Shown: in pieces, positions 37,177-49,781 of the stretch
How positions within the stretch are numbered: position 1 is the stretch's first letter
Layout of the letters: each line of letters starts with the position of its first letter
Assembly: GCA_016906335.1 (NCBI GenBank)
Contig: JADEYG010000012.1
Span: 682,001 to 746,000 of the forward strand
Length of the DNA stretch: 64,000 nt
Reading direction: 5' to 3'
DNA from: Novakomyces olei
Lineage: Eukaryota
Program-made: the position numbers and the translations under genes
The notes under the pieces: generated by a model
What the model saw: the letters and a program-made list of their open reading frames with translations, nothing else
What the model was told of the DNA's origin: nothing
Database searches by the model: none

Positions 37177-39749
37177 TTCAATACTCAGCTCACAGAGTTG
37201 CTGGAATAGTAAGTGCGACAAGGCAATTGACTGCCGTGTTTTTATGTCAGAGTCTCCGTGTTTTGGGCTTGCTTCATCAGCCAAAAGATGCAAGTGTGAT
37301 TGTGAATATGGAATCACGGGCTCATTCTTGAGCAGAAATAGATCTGATAGGAGATTGGGTTAATCAGAGATGGCACATATGTAATATAGTACGCATATTA
37401 TGAAAACCGGTAAAGAATAATATTCAAATTTTTATATGTTACGGAGGGAGAGTTCTATAATAATGCCAAAATATTTTTTATTTAATGCGTGTTTTATCAG
37501 CGGTAAAGCAAATTTATCCATGTGCACATTAATCCAATGTAAAAAGAAAAGTAGATCTCGCTCAATATATAAATCTGGGCAGGGTCTTATAAAGCGACAC
37601 TGTAAAGAGCGCCTAGAGATTGGAGGAGCCGAGAATCATGCCGAAGATGCCGGTTTTTATCCGTGTTCTATTGTACAGGTATATCGTAGCAAAGAAGCAG
37701 ATTGACGAATAAGTTATTCTGAGCATTTCTTACTTGCAAGCACAGCAAACATAGTGCTGGTGGGCTTATAGGCAGAGTAGTATAATATATCAGCTGGCTG
37801 GCTGCTGTCATGTGGAGCCTATGATAAATACGTAAATGTATACGAAATTGAATCGAACTGAGAGACATGCTAGCGCGGAAGCAAGGCATTTACTAGCTTC
37901 GATGATATTACAGACTAATTTTTTACTACTAAACAATTCACTTTTTATTTTGTCTTATTCTTGTGAAAAGCCGTTGCCGTCTGGACCGTCTGGACCGTCT
38001 GGACCGTCAACGCACGCGCTAGCCGAGCCGTTTTTTCTGACAGATGTAATTATAGTTGATTAACAACATACGGCCGATTGATTATTTGCACGTGGAATAC
38101 ACATGTAAACTCGTAAACTGGCTATCATTAATATTTATTGTCCCCAACAACTGCGGGTTAGATACGCTTGTTCGAGCGATAAAACTATTGGCTCAAGCGC
38201 ACTTTTATTGACTAGCAAATCACCATGTACTATTAAGTGCAACGTAAGGGTCAAGGGTGGCAACACGAGATGCGTTGCCAAGGCACAAAGGGAACAAGCA
38301 AAAAAAAAATAAACTTACAGACTCACCCATGATGAAATATGCATGTACCACAGACGGCCACAATGTTCCGCTTCTTTAATCGTGGATCGGAAGAGGATAC
38401 AAATAAAAAGGGCGTAATTGAAATAAACTTACATACAAATTTATATGTACAAACAGACAAAATAGAAGCGAACAGAGAAGGGAATAAACAGTAAACAAAG
38501 AAATGAAACGAAAATAAAATAAAATAGAGGAAATCTTTACGTGAAGCAAATGTATGTCAGCTTACGGGCTAGCTTACGGGTCTCATTAGTGCCACCGAGA
38601 CAGGTATGGCCTTTTCATTCCTGATTTAGTGTAGATTACCAGCGATTAGTGCCTATGGACTCTCTTGACGTTCCATTTTATTCAATTATAGCTTTCGAGA
38701 GCAGGTTACTCCTTTTTTCCAATAAAGTTTCCAGTATACTCGCTATTTTCCGAGGACAAGTCATGAACTAGTCCTCAAATACACTGGCGCCGCTAGGCAA
38801 ACAAGACTAGTAAGCTTTCGCGATTTCTACTCCTACTATCGTTCCGCCGTATCACAAAGACGAGACGCGCACTAAAACATAGCTACTAGATGTAAGGGGG
38901 ACGGCGTTCGAGACATTCTCAATGTAAAACAAGTTAATTATTGTGCTATCTGATCATGAATGAACGGTATACACAGCGCGACCGTGTCTCAAACACTGAG
39001 CAAGCCGACCCATCAAGTATAACGCGACGCTGTTTTTAATGCATACGTGTATATGCTTGTCATATATAGCCCCAAAGAGTGTGATCAGTATCACACTGCC
39101 GTCGGACGAGTTTCGCCCAAGTCCGAGAACGAGGGATTAGAAAGACCGTTTTACACTGCTACTATATGCCGCATTTCCAGGTCTTGAGTACAATGCTCCC
39201 ACAAGGATCAGACAAGGCACGACTCACGTGCCCTAAATTATCTTATCTCAAATTTTTACGGGGAGCAGCCAAGCAAGCTCGCCGCCATGTGGGTTTGACT
39301 TTAAAAAAGCCACAAAGTTTTAACATTTAAAAGAAACAAGGCAAAAGTTTAAAAAAAACATTATAATAATAGAGATTGAGGACAAAAGTTCAAAGGATAC
39401 TGACAGAGAATTAACAGAATACAGCCCGTGACAGACGCTGGTTTAAACCTTCACACTTCGCCCATTCCTGTTCTTGTGTGTGAGGCCTTTTCCAAATTTA
39501 TTTTGGTTGTCCGTCGGTGCGCATGACCAATCTCCCTCAAATAAAAAATTCAAAAGAAGAAGCCTATCACGTGAGCCAGGAAGCATGATCTCAAGGCTCC
39601 ATAACAGATATGACTTTCTCGACTATATTTCGTTACCCATCAACATCTTAACCAGTCAACGAAGTCCAGCAAACGACATAACCAATTGCAACTGGCCGGA
39701 GAAGAGCGCGGCATATTTCGCTGTTGTTAATATTGCAAAACAGCATCCA

Positions 39750-41376
39750 ATGAGCTCTACTACCGCATTGGCTGCTCAACAGCCTAAATCCAAATTTTTC
39801 AAGGGAAGAATTGAGCGAATTGAGGAGCTTCCTACCGTTTGGGAGCGTCCTGACGTTTACACTGTTACAACGAGGGACGGGAAAAAGGCGTACCAATGTA
39901 AAGGCTTCATCAACTGCTCAATGACCTTTACGCGAGCTGAACATCTTGCTCGTCATATAAGGTATGCTTTTCTTGCAAGCAACTTCAGCTTCAAAACTGG
40001 TGAAATATATTCCTTTGCTGTCTGCTTGATTCTTTATTTAATTCTTTTTTTAATGACTATTGCTTTGAGACGACATAAGCTGCCCAGTCACCAGTCTTTT
40101 CCCTTTACGCTCTCGCCGTTCTGTGTCACGTCTGTTTGCCATCTAACTGTTCCTCCCGTGTCCTTTTTCTTTTCGTTTCCTATTCTTTTGTTGAACATAT
40201 AAACCTTGACTCTGCCAACCGTCGCATTATTCATTTGCATAATTCTAACTTTACAGAAAACACACGGGCGAACGACCATACCGCTGCAGCTGCCATCAGT
40301 ACTTTTCACGCCTCGACAATCTCAGGCAGCACTGGAGCTCAGCACACCCAAACCTAGATCTCAAGTACGAGATAACAAAGAGCGGAGCTAAGAGCGGAAT
40401 TTGTCTGCCTCCGTACCAGGACACACCCTGTCCTGACGAGGACGAGTACCTCGGCTCAATCGGCATCGACCCCAAGTACAGGGCCCGTATTAGCAAGAGC
40501 AGTCTTCGAAACAAAAAAACAATAGGTTGCCGAATGATTGGCGAGCATGTAGAGCCTCGAGGACAGGAGACACAAAGGCTAAATGGGGACAAGGAGGTCC
40601 AGGACAATGACTACGCTCACAACAAGAAAGACTTTGCGAGCCAAAGCAGATTTCGAAGCCAAAGGATCCGCTACCATCCAATCAACAATACTGCACAGCA
40701 GATTTCCGGACAATGTGACAGCTCAGTAGTGGATTTGCGATCTGATGATTCTTCAGCAAGTTCACACGATCAGCCCTGGCAGTTTGATTCCGACCAGCAG
40801 ACTGCAGGAGCACAAAAGGCAATGATGTGGTACCAAATGCAGGCAAAAGCGGCATGGAGTAATGGCAAAGCTCAGCGGGAGAAACTTGCAGAAACCCGGA
40901 CTATGGAAGCCGGCCGAATCGGGTCTGGATCCGGATCTGATTTGTCACAGGTATATGGGTACGTTGCCCACAGATACAGTCCTCATACTCCTCCGCCAGT
41001 TGCAGATTCTTTTGTCAGTTCTAATGTTCGAACGACACCCGTGCAATCGGGCGAGCATCGACTGTCCCTGAACCCTATGCTGGAAACTGGTGATAAAAAG
41101 GAGATTTTGCCGCCATTACGTCACGTTCCGGAGCTTAATAATACACACAATTTGAGCCAATTTGCGGATATCAGTATCGCAATATCCCCACAGCACGAAA
41201 GCAAGCCGGGCTTCTTCAGCAAAAGAGAAAACGGCCAAGCCATTCTCCCTGCCCTGCGGCTGGAAAACGAAAATGGGAATGGCAAAAAATCAAATGGTGC
41301 AGTTCCATGCAGTCCGCAAGAGCATGGAACTGTGCACAAGGCGGAGCGTATGAGTATCAACAATCTGGTAGCTTGA
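39750..41376 (+). CDS. Two-finger C2H2 transcription factor, Usv1/Rgm1/Rsv1-like, 1 intron (39962-40256)
   Basis: CKGFINCSMTFTRAEHLARHIR|KHTGERPYRCSCHQYFSRLDNLRQH continues in frame into ORF 40534..41376. The start could be the upstream in-frame ATG at 39586. Confidence 0.88.
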
Positions 41377-42028
41377 AAGATCGGCCACCGATCACCCAAT
41401 TACAAGACAAACACACTAATCCCGTTATCAAACACCACCGAGTTTTCTCTAAGGAATTAATAATTTCTTGTCTAATACGAATTTCCTTTCATTTCTTTAT
41501 CGATAATGTTTTGCAAAGTGAGTTTTAATTTTACACTCGGCGATGGAAGCTTTTGATCTTTTATGTCGCGTAATGGGTGCAAGTAGCCATCTTATTTCAG
41601 GCTCTTTCCCTCTTTTCATTCAATCCTTCTCCAGTGTTTGTGTATGTGCTTATTATTTCTGCTATGTCGCCTTTTGTGGGAGTGTCCTAATATTTTCACT
41701 CCTTGTCTGTGTGTAATTGTGTTTTTGTGGATTCATGTGTACAGCAATTCTGCAGCGTAATTCCATTTGAATCCGTTGATATACATTCGTGTAATCACGT
41801 TTTGTAATAATTTAATCGCTATATCGTTTAATCCTAATATGCAATTCGTAAATTTTCCAAAAGTAGACTTTTTCTTTTGCCATAGCAACCTTGCGTCCTC
41901 TCCATTTTGGTTTCCCATTCGCGTCACGGTCCCACAAAGCACATGCCGTTATTCCAGACGCAATGTATTGAAGACTTGTCAGCCAAATATGCCGTGAGAT
42001 AATCAATGGTATCGCGCGGGGTACAGCT

Positions 42029-42552
42029 CTAATTGTTCGTGCTAAACTTGTGGCCGCACCGCGGACACTCATAAAATACAGTAGACCCTTCATCGGCGGA
42101 ACGCAATTGCAGTGTATGAAACGTCATTTCCTCATTGCCACATTTTTCGCACTTTTCTTTGATCTGCAAAAGATTAGAGTTACCTTCATAAAGGCACGCT
42201 TACCGTTGCAGCCTCTACCGGTGCCTGTGATGGAGTTTGTACAATCGATCGTTTCTGCCGTAGCACACTTGGAAACGCAGAAGCAGCAGATTCCGTCACG
42301 ACCTCAAGACTGGCAAAGTCTGGGTATTAGTATTTGTTCTGAAAATAACGATAAAGCGAAAACTCTGAAGGGCTTTCCGAGTTTTAGTCTTGTAATAATT
42401 ATACCTTTTGAAGGGTACGATGATTGACATAATGAGCATTGTATATACTGATCCGCTGTAATGTTTAAAAGCGTACCGCACTCTGTGCAAAACAGTAAAG
42501 AGCCTTGGCTTGTTAGACGAGTTATCTGGCAATGCTTACCCAGCAGCGACAT
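42029..42552 (-). CDS. RPA12: RNA polymerase I subunit A12.2, 3 introns
   Basis: The spliced product reads MSLLGSLLFCTECGTLL...CSLC...IKEKCEKCGNEEMTFHTLQLRSADEGSTVFYECPRCGHKFSTNN*. Confidence 0.95.
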
Positions 42553-42845
42553 TGTTCTTTTGAATTTTCCAGCGATGAAGAATAATGCTCATTCAATTTA
42601 TGAATATTTTTTTTTATAAATAAATATAATTATAATTATAATTATAATTATATTATAAATTTATTTAAATATAAATTGATATTAATATTAATATTAAACT
42701 TGGGTGGCAAATAGAATATTCCCTTCACAATTTGCAGGTATAGTATGAAGATTATCGAGATTAGATAAATGACGACTAATTCTTCAGATACAATAGTGTA
42801 TCATAGCCCACGACTGTAAAGTCCAAAAGGCATGATTGGACAGCG

Positions 42846-44766
42846 ATGACGTTCTCGCTTCCTCCACTGCCTTCACAGCAGCAGCTGAAAACACTGTCAC
42901 AAACTCAATTGGCCCGAGTACTGGATTCTTACACCAGTGCTCTTTCGTGTATATTGCGTCTTACTAGTGCAGACTTTCTGCGAATCCTTCACCATGAAAC
43001 CGCCGTGGTCAGTGCGCTACGGGCCTTTGTGCGTGACGTTGGCACTTGCATGATGGAGCAGCAGCCCTTGATTGAATGTGAGGATCTGACACAAAAGCTG
43101 TTTCTAGTACTGCAAAGATCCTGGCTGCAAAAGGACTGCCCTCCAGATTTGCTTGATTTCGCTTTTCTCTGTGAGTGTGGAGCCGTTTTTGCCGTCAAAT
43201 ACTATACTCCAATGCGGAGCGCTTACCCTCAGCTCTGGCAACTGCACGGCAACGCTGTGCGGAAATCTTACAGGCATTTTGTTTCTCAACTGCCGGAGCG
43301 GTTAAAGTCCGGGCTACTGCGCTACTCACTGGCGCTCGTGTTCCCTCTTCGTCTTTGTGGAGAAATGGTCGAGTCTTTTTACCACCAGGATCGAGTGGCA
43401 TTTTGTGCAGCGGTCAGTGCTGTCTATATGGACGTGCACGATGGACTCACGCTAATGCTGGCGTACAACTACATCCTGTCTCTCGCCCGGTTGGGTAAAA
43501 TTGAGCAAGTAAATATAATTATAAACGCCCTTGGTCAGGGCAGTATTGCAGAGTGTGAACTGGCTCTCGATTTGAGCAAGAAAACAGACTTGATTAAGGC
43601 TCTTGAGCCTTTAGGCGTGGAAACTGCACGATTGGAGCAGTTGCAGGCCTCACAACGGCTGGCGACAGCGGATCCGTCTTCAGCAGAGGATCTGCTTGCT
43701 GTACAAACTGCAGAAATTAACGATATTTTCCCTGACATGGCCCTTGAGGATATTCGAAGGGGGTTAAAGGCTTACAATGGCAATAAAGAGTCTGTTATCT
43801 CTGCTGTGCTTGATGGTACTTTGGCAGGGAAGCTCGCAGACTTATCCGTTTCATCTGCAAGGACAATATTTGACGGAGACAAAATCGATCGGCTCGAAAT
43901 TGAAGCCTCACAGGTTTCACGAGGTAAAAGGTAAGATGCATTAAATCGTCTAATTTACATATATAATATATGAAGTGTACAGTCTTGTGTAGCAATACTG
44001 ACCAATTCAGCGACCAGCCCGATTTTTGGAAGTCTGCGATTACAAACAAGAGCAAGATTGTAGAGCTCACGCGTGCAATGGAGGAGGAGGATGAATACGA
44101 CGACAGTTATGATTACGATGATGCCGGGAAGGCTGTCGATAGTGAGAACGAGGACGAGGAAAATCAAAGGCGGACAAAGGATTTTATCGACTCTGCTCTC
44201 TACATGTACTATGTAACAAACGCTTCAGTTCTAGGGCGAGACAAAAACGTCCGACGAAGTGCAGACAGAATTGACCTTCGTGCTCGCACAGGTCTTACTG
44301 ACGAGCAAATAGAAGGATGGAAAATTATGCTCGATCGAAATGTAATTTGCTCTTTCTAGCTTGATTTTCATGTTTGCTTCTATTTGGATACGAATATTGT
44401 TTTTCGTTTTTCTAGTATTTTTATTCGTTTCGCTCGACATTTTGTATTAGTTTTGTTGTATCTTATGCTCTGTACTAATACTAGCCAAAAATGCTTCGAA
44501 AACTGGATTCACTTTACGGCTTCAAAGGCAACAATGCCGGTAGCAGTCAAGTGTCCGACGAGGAAAATTCGATACCCCGTGGCGCAAGTTCGTCACAAAA
44601 TCATGGAAGCAAGCAGGACTCTAAGGCTGTGAATAAACCAGAAACCCCAGAAAAGCCTGCCACCGAACCTTCGGGCGCTAATCGTGCAAGAAAAGAGAAG
44701 CATAAGGCTGCCCGTGCAAATCATTCTCGCAAGAACTTACGGGCAAAGAAAATGGCGGTGGGCTGA
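42846..44766 (+). CDS. CUE3: CUE-domain RQT complex subunit (Cue3/ASCC2-like), 2 introns
   Basis: CUE-like segment INDIFPDM...YNGNKESVISAVLDG, then EDEYDDSYD, TDEQIEGWKIML and HKAARANHSRK..RAKKM. Confidence 0.82.
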
Positions 44767-44972
44767 TGATGGTCATACTTAAATGAATCGTTGAATTTTT
44801 CAATTTGCAATATTTTAATTTACAATATATATTTTCTAGCCTGTAGTTATTTTCCTTATTTTTAGTATTTAATACTATTACTCGTGATTAAACACTGCAC
44901 AGTTTACCATGCATTAAAGTAAAAGCTCAAGCCTATTCTATAGATAACAAGGCTTATTCTTTTCAATATCCT

Positions 44973-47900
44973 TCAAGCCTTCGTCCCCCGTCCTCCAATG
45001 GAGCCCAGTTTCTGCAAGATATCCGGGGCCACATGAACGTTTGGCAGAGCATGGCCCATGCCAGGCTCAGGCTTGGGCAGGAATCCAATTTGGACGAGGT
45101 AGGCGAGGTACACGCCCATCTCGCGTACACCCACTCCCCGACCCTTGCTTAAATCCTGACCTGTAAACTTTGCATCACTGTGCAAAAGCAAGCAGGCATT
45201 TCTATCGTCCAGCTCCGGAGCTTTTGTATTTGAAGGCAGATTCTCCTGTACAAAACTGAGCAAAGGAAGCAGAGCATTGCCCACGCTTCCGGGCCCCTGT
45301 TGCTGGAAAACGCTTTCCTTCAGTGTCCGTCGCCATTCCAAGTAATCTACAGTGCGAACAGTGTACCCATAGTACCGGAGCAGCTCCAGATACTGGTGCA
45401 ATCGCATCCTCGGGTGACTGGTCACGTGCACGACTCGGAACTCGGGAAAAACGTTGCGTACTGCTGCTGTTATTAAGCGGGCCACGTGGTCCACCGGCAC
45501 CATATTCACAGTATTGTAGATAGCCGGCAGTTGGCCCAACTCGACACAGCCCTTGAGCATACGGATCAAAAAGTCGTCTGTATTGGTTACGCCGCTTTCA
45601 GAGTGGCCGAGAATGTATCCCGGCCGGACAATCGCGCCCTTCAGCCCACGTCGGCCCGCTTCCCGGCAAATGTATTCGCCCACCCATTTTGATTGGCCGT
45701 ATCCGGTAGCTAAATTCTCCGCAGATCCTTGCAGATCATCCGTTTCGGGCACACCCGGAAGCCCACGTTCCAACAAATCCTGTGACAGGTTTACGTAATA
45801 CTCCGTGTCGATAGCGGAGGTGGAGGATACAAAGGTAAAAGATTTGCTCTTCACTTTGCTGCTGCTCCCTTGCTCACACAGCGCCAAGCAGGCAAGTGTG
45901 CCTTCGACATTAGGCCCATGCAGCTGCTCGTACGAGTCAAGCCAGTGTACTCGTGCTCCATTATGGACAACTGCATCGGCCGAGTTTCGTACTAGCTCAT
46001 AGTCAGCAGCGCTCATGCCCAGACGCTCTGCTTCCAGACTGCCCGTGACTATACTGATCCGAGGGGTCCAGGACTCGTTCCATATGCCGTACGCGTCACA
46101 CGCTTTGCGCAGCCTCTCAAACCCGGCCTTTTTATCACCGGCTCGAACATGTGCAATTACGTTTACGTCTACTTTGCCCGTCTTTTTTACTGGGGACAAG
46201 AGGTCCTGGAGGATATAGACGCCCAGGAACCCAGTGGCACCGGTCAAAAACACAGTTTGCTGCTCCGCACTTGGCTCTTGTGCCCTGGAAGGGTACACTG
46301 GAGCCAGGCGAGTTGCTGCAAGGTCCCTAGCGTCCTGACTATAGCTCTTGCCACTCCCCTTTGGCCCTTTGGCTCCTAAACTGCTATGCTGCTCTCCCTC
46401 TGCTCCGACAATGTAGGCGTCTCCACGCTGCAAGGCAGCCACGTCGGCCGCCATCCGCTGCAACGTGGCCGGCTGCTCTAGAATGAGCGACAAGGGCACA
46501 TCCAAAGCCAGGGTTTTCTGGAACTCGATCATGAGCCGGGCGGCAGCGAGTGAGTGGCCGCCGATAGCGAAAAAGTCGTCCTTTTTCGTAATTGAAGGCG
46601 GAGCATACGGCAGTACTGCGAGCCACAGGTCGCGAACCCTCGACTCCCACTCTGTCAGGATTTGCCCATCAGCGGCACGGCTATTCGCTCTTGCCGCGGC
46701 CACTAATTGAGCAGAATCGGGGAAAGGCAAAGCCGGCTTGTCCACTTTACCGTTCGGGTTCAGCGGCAATCGGTTCATCGGCACAATCACAGAAGGAACT
46801 GCGTAGCTCGGCAGCTTTGTTCTCAAGTAATCTTGGACATTTTGAATTAGCCGTCGGTATACTTTGATCCGGTGTACTATACTGCTATCGGCTTTGGAAT
46901 TAGCACTGCTATTAGCAGTGCTAATAGCAGTGCTATCAGCTTCAGCTTCCTCGTCATCGACGCTGAGATAAGCGCTGAGCTCGTCTGATTGCTTGGCAAC
47001 GATATAGGCTACAAGAGTAGGCTCCTCGTCCTTGTTCCTCCGGACAAGAACGACGTTTTCCCTGACGAGAGGGTGCCGACTGAGATGCGTATTGATCTCG
47101 CCCAGTTCAATACGGAAGCCCCGAATCTTGACCTGATCATCTGCCCGTCCAGAGCATTCTACATCGCCCTCGGGCGAGTACCGGCCGAGATCGCCAGACC
47201 TGTACAGCCGGTCCCTCGGTCCCTTCCAGTCAACGGCAAACTTGGCCGCTGAGCTGGCGTCTTTTTGTTGCTGCTGCTCGGCCCAGTAGCCTTCAGGCAC
47301 AAACCAGGAATTGACAAATTTTTTACGCGTCAGATCGTCGTGGCCGAGGTAGCCCTCCGCCAGGCCACTCGCTCTTACATAAATCTCTCCTATTTCGCCA
47401 ATGCCGCAGACCTGTAAGGGATCATGTCTATTGATAACAAGCAGCTGTACATTGTACATACCCCTTCCGGCAGAAACAACCTCCTTCTTGTCCTCCAGGA
47501 AGGTCGGGTCAGCTGCTATTGAGGGCACTTCAAAGTAGGAAACAGCCCTCTGCGTCTCCGTTGTCCCGTACATGTTGACAACGGCAACATGCTTACCCAG
47601 CCGCTGTAGTTGCAGGCAGTCACGCTTTGTTAGTATATCGCCCACAAAGAAGGCGTGGTGCAGAGAGGGGATTGCACACGAAGCCTGGCCCGTCATCAGC
47701 TGGCCCATTGCCGGGGTCAAGTGCGTGACTGTTACCTTGTTGTCACGTGCCCATTGAGCCAGTCGTGTGGGCACTATTGCCTCCGCCGGAGGGACAATAA
47801 GCTTAGCGCCCAAGAAGAGAGGAGTTAACATGTCCCGCTGAATGGGGTCATGAGCTATTCCGCTCAGCATTGTAAACCTATCTGCCTCTGACAACTGGAA

Positions 47901-49433
47901 CCTTTTACTCATCCAATCGAAATAATAAGCCAAACTGAAATGACGGCCGAGTACGCCTTTGGGTACGCCTTCGCTGCCGCTCGTAAAGCTTAGAGTCGGC
48001 ACACTGTCGGGGCCGACTGTAACACCAACAGCTTTATGGGCAAGAGCCTGGTCTGGAAGGAAAACGTCTTTGCCTTCGCCTTGGCCTTCGGCATTATGCT
48101 TATTCTCCAAGACTCCGCCTCGCAGAGTCCCCGAGTCTTCTAGGTGCAGCTCAGGGATCCGTGTCAGCAAGTCCAAATTGTTGCGAGTGTATTCCAGCAC
48201 AGAGGGTGCAATTCGGCCCGCCTTGGCGATGCATACAAGAGCTCTCGGTTTAGCTACGCTCAGGTATACAATCTGGCGGCTGGCCGGGTACTGTGGGTCC
48301 ACTACGGAGAAGGTGGCTCCCGCTTTCAGGATCCCCATTACAGATACAACAAGGTCAACGCCCCTGTAGGCATAGACCATAACGACGTGGCCACGCTGAA
48401 TGCCTTTACGGACAAGGTGGTGGGCCAGTACATTGGAGGCCTCATTGATCTGCTTGTAGGTAAAGCTGCGGGTATACTTTACCAGCGTAGACGGCGTTTC
48501 AACAACACACTCTCTGTCGGGGAACCGCTGTGCATTTTCTGCAAAAATGTCATGTATGGCCCCTCTGAAATTGCTCCAGCCGAGATCCGCTCGTGGGTCA
48601 GGGAGGATGCTGCGTTGCGAGTCTGTTACTAGCGAGAGCTTGCCCACTGCCGTGTCGGGACTCTCGCAGGCGGCAAGTGCCAGTTTTTCAATTTGATCTG
48701 TGACAAAAGTGATGCGTTTAGAGGATAGTAGAAGCGAATTGTAGAGCAGCTGTAGAGTGTCAGGCGCACCGTTGTTTGAGTGGAGGATAGTTATGGCCAT
48801 TTGCGTCTCCAGTCCAATAGTGGACAAGAGCGCATTGTCAGACTCGGACTCTGGCCGCGTTGAATGGAACAGTCCAGTGTAGAAGAGCGACGACGTCGAT
48901 GACGATTTCGCTTTTAGATGGTCCGCAATCTCTGACAGGGGTCTTAAATTCGAGCGGCTCTCGTTGGCCGTCTGCCATTGTAAGCTTCAAGAGAATAGTC
49001 AAAGGTCAAATTAAAGTCGGCTTACATTGGAAACGAGAGCAATCAGTTGCCGAAAGGTCGTCTGCGCCAGTAAAAAGTCCAAGCGTAGAGGATACTGGGC
49101 AGAAACACTGCTAAACTCATTGCTTGGTCCAGCCAGCACATTAGTGCCAATGCATACTGACTCGTCGCCAGTAAGCCGCTGCACAAGAACTGCGAAAAGA
49201 GCCAAGAGTACAGCGGCACTCTTATCGCGGTCGTTCTGGCCCGATTGGACAAGCGCTGAAAGCGAGCTGAGAGCTGAAGAAAGCTTGGCTTCAATCGGCT
49301 TTTCGATCAATGCTTCTACCAGCTTTGGCGGACTCGGCTGCTGAAAGTCTACAGGCAGTCTCGATACTGTCGCGCTCCCGAGACGCTCTTGCCAGTAGCT
49401 CAGCGCGCTGTCTTTGGCATTCGCATCAACCAT
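44973..49433 (-). CDS. LYS2: L-2-aminoadipate reductase (A-T-R), 1 intron (48972-49025)
   Basis: Motifs LSFTSGSEGVPKG, NMYGTTETQR, LYRSGDLGR, DDFFAIGGHSL (Ppant serine), VFLTGATGFLG and GYGQSKW. Confidence 0.97.
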
Positions 49434-49781
49434 CTTTTCGTCTGTTCATGAAAAAAGAATTATTCCTGCCTTTGACATTTATTATATACGATGATTAGAG
49501 GATAATGGAGGTTTTATCATAAACCATGCAACGTTTTGTATGCATATTATATAAATATACTAATCAATTAATATAATTAACATAATAAATATAATTAATA
49601 TAATTAATAATTAATTAATTATATTAATTATATTAATACCAGGGAGAAATACCGTCTAATAACAATGGTTTTCGAATATTTACTGTTAATGTTGCTGATT
49701 TGCTGTAGCAATATATATAAATAGTATAATGCACGTGAAAAAGTACAAATTTACGTGCTCCCTTTTGCCATCATGGCCTGT

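Noticed and set aside
48972..49025. Apparent frameshift in LYS2, and an intron-retained product ending in -SRL (PTS1-like)
   Set aside because: A phase-0 intron (GTAAGC...GCTTAC..GGCAG) restores the frame. The SRL would tag only a 140-aa non-catalytic fragment and derives largely from the donor consensus.
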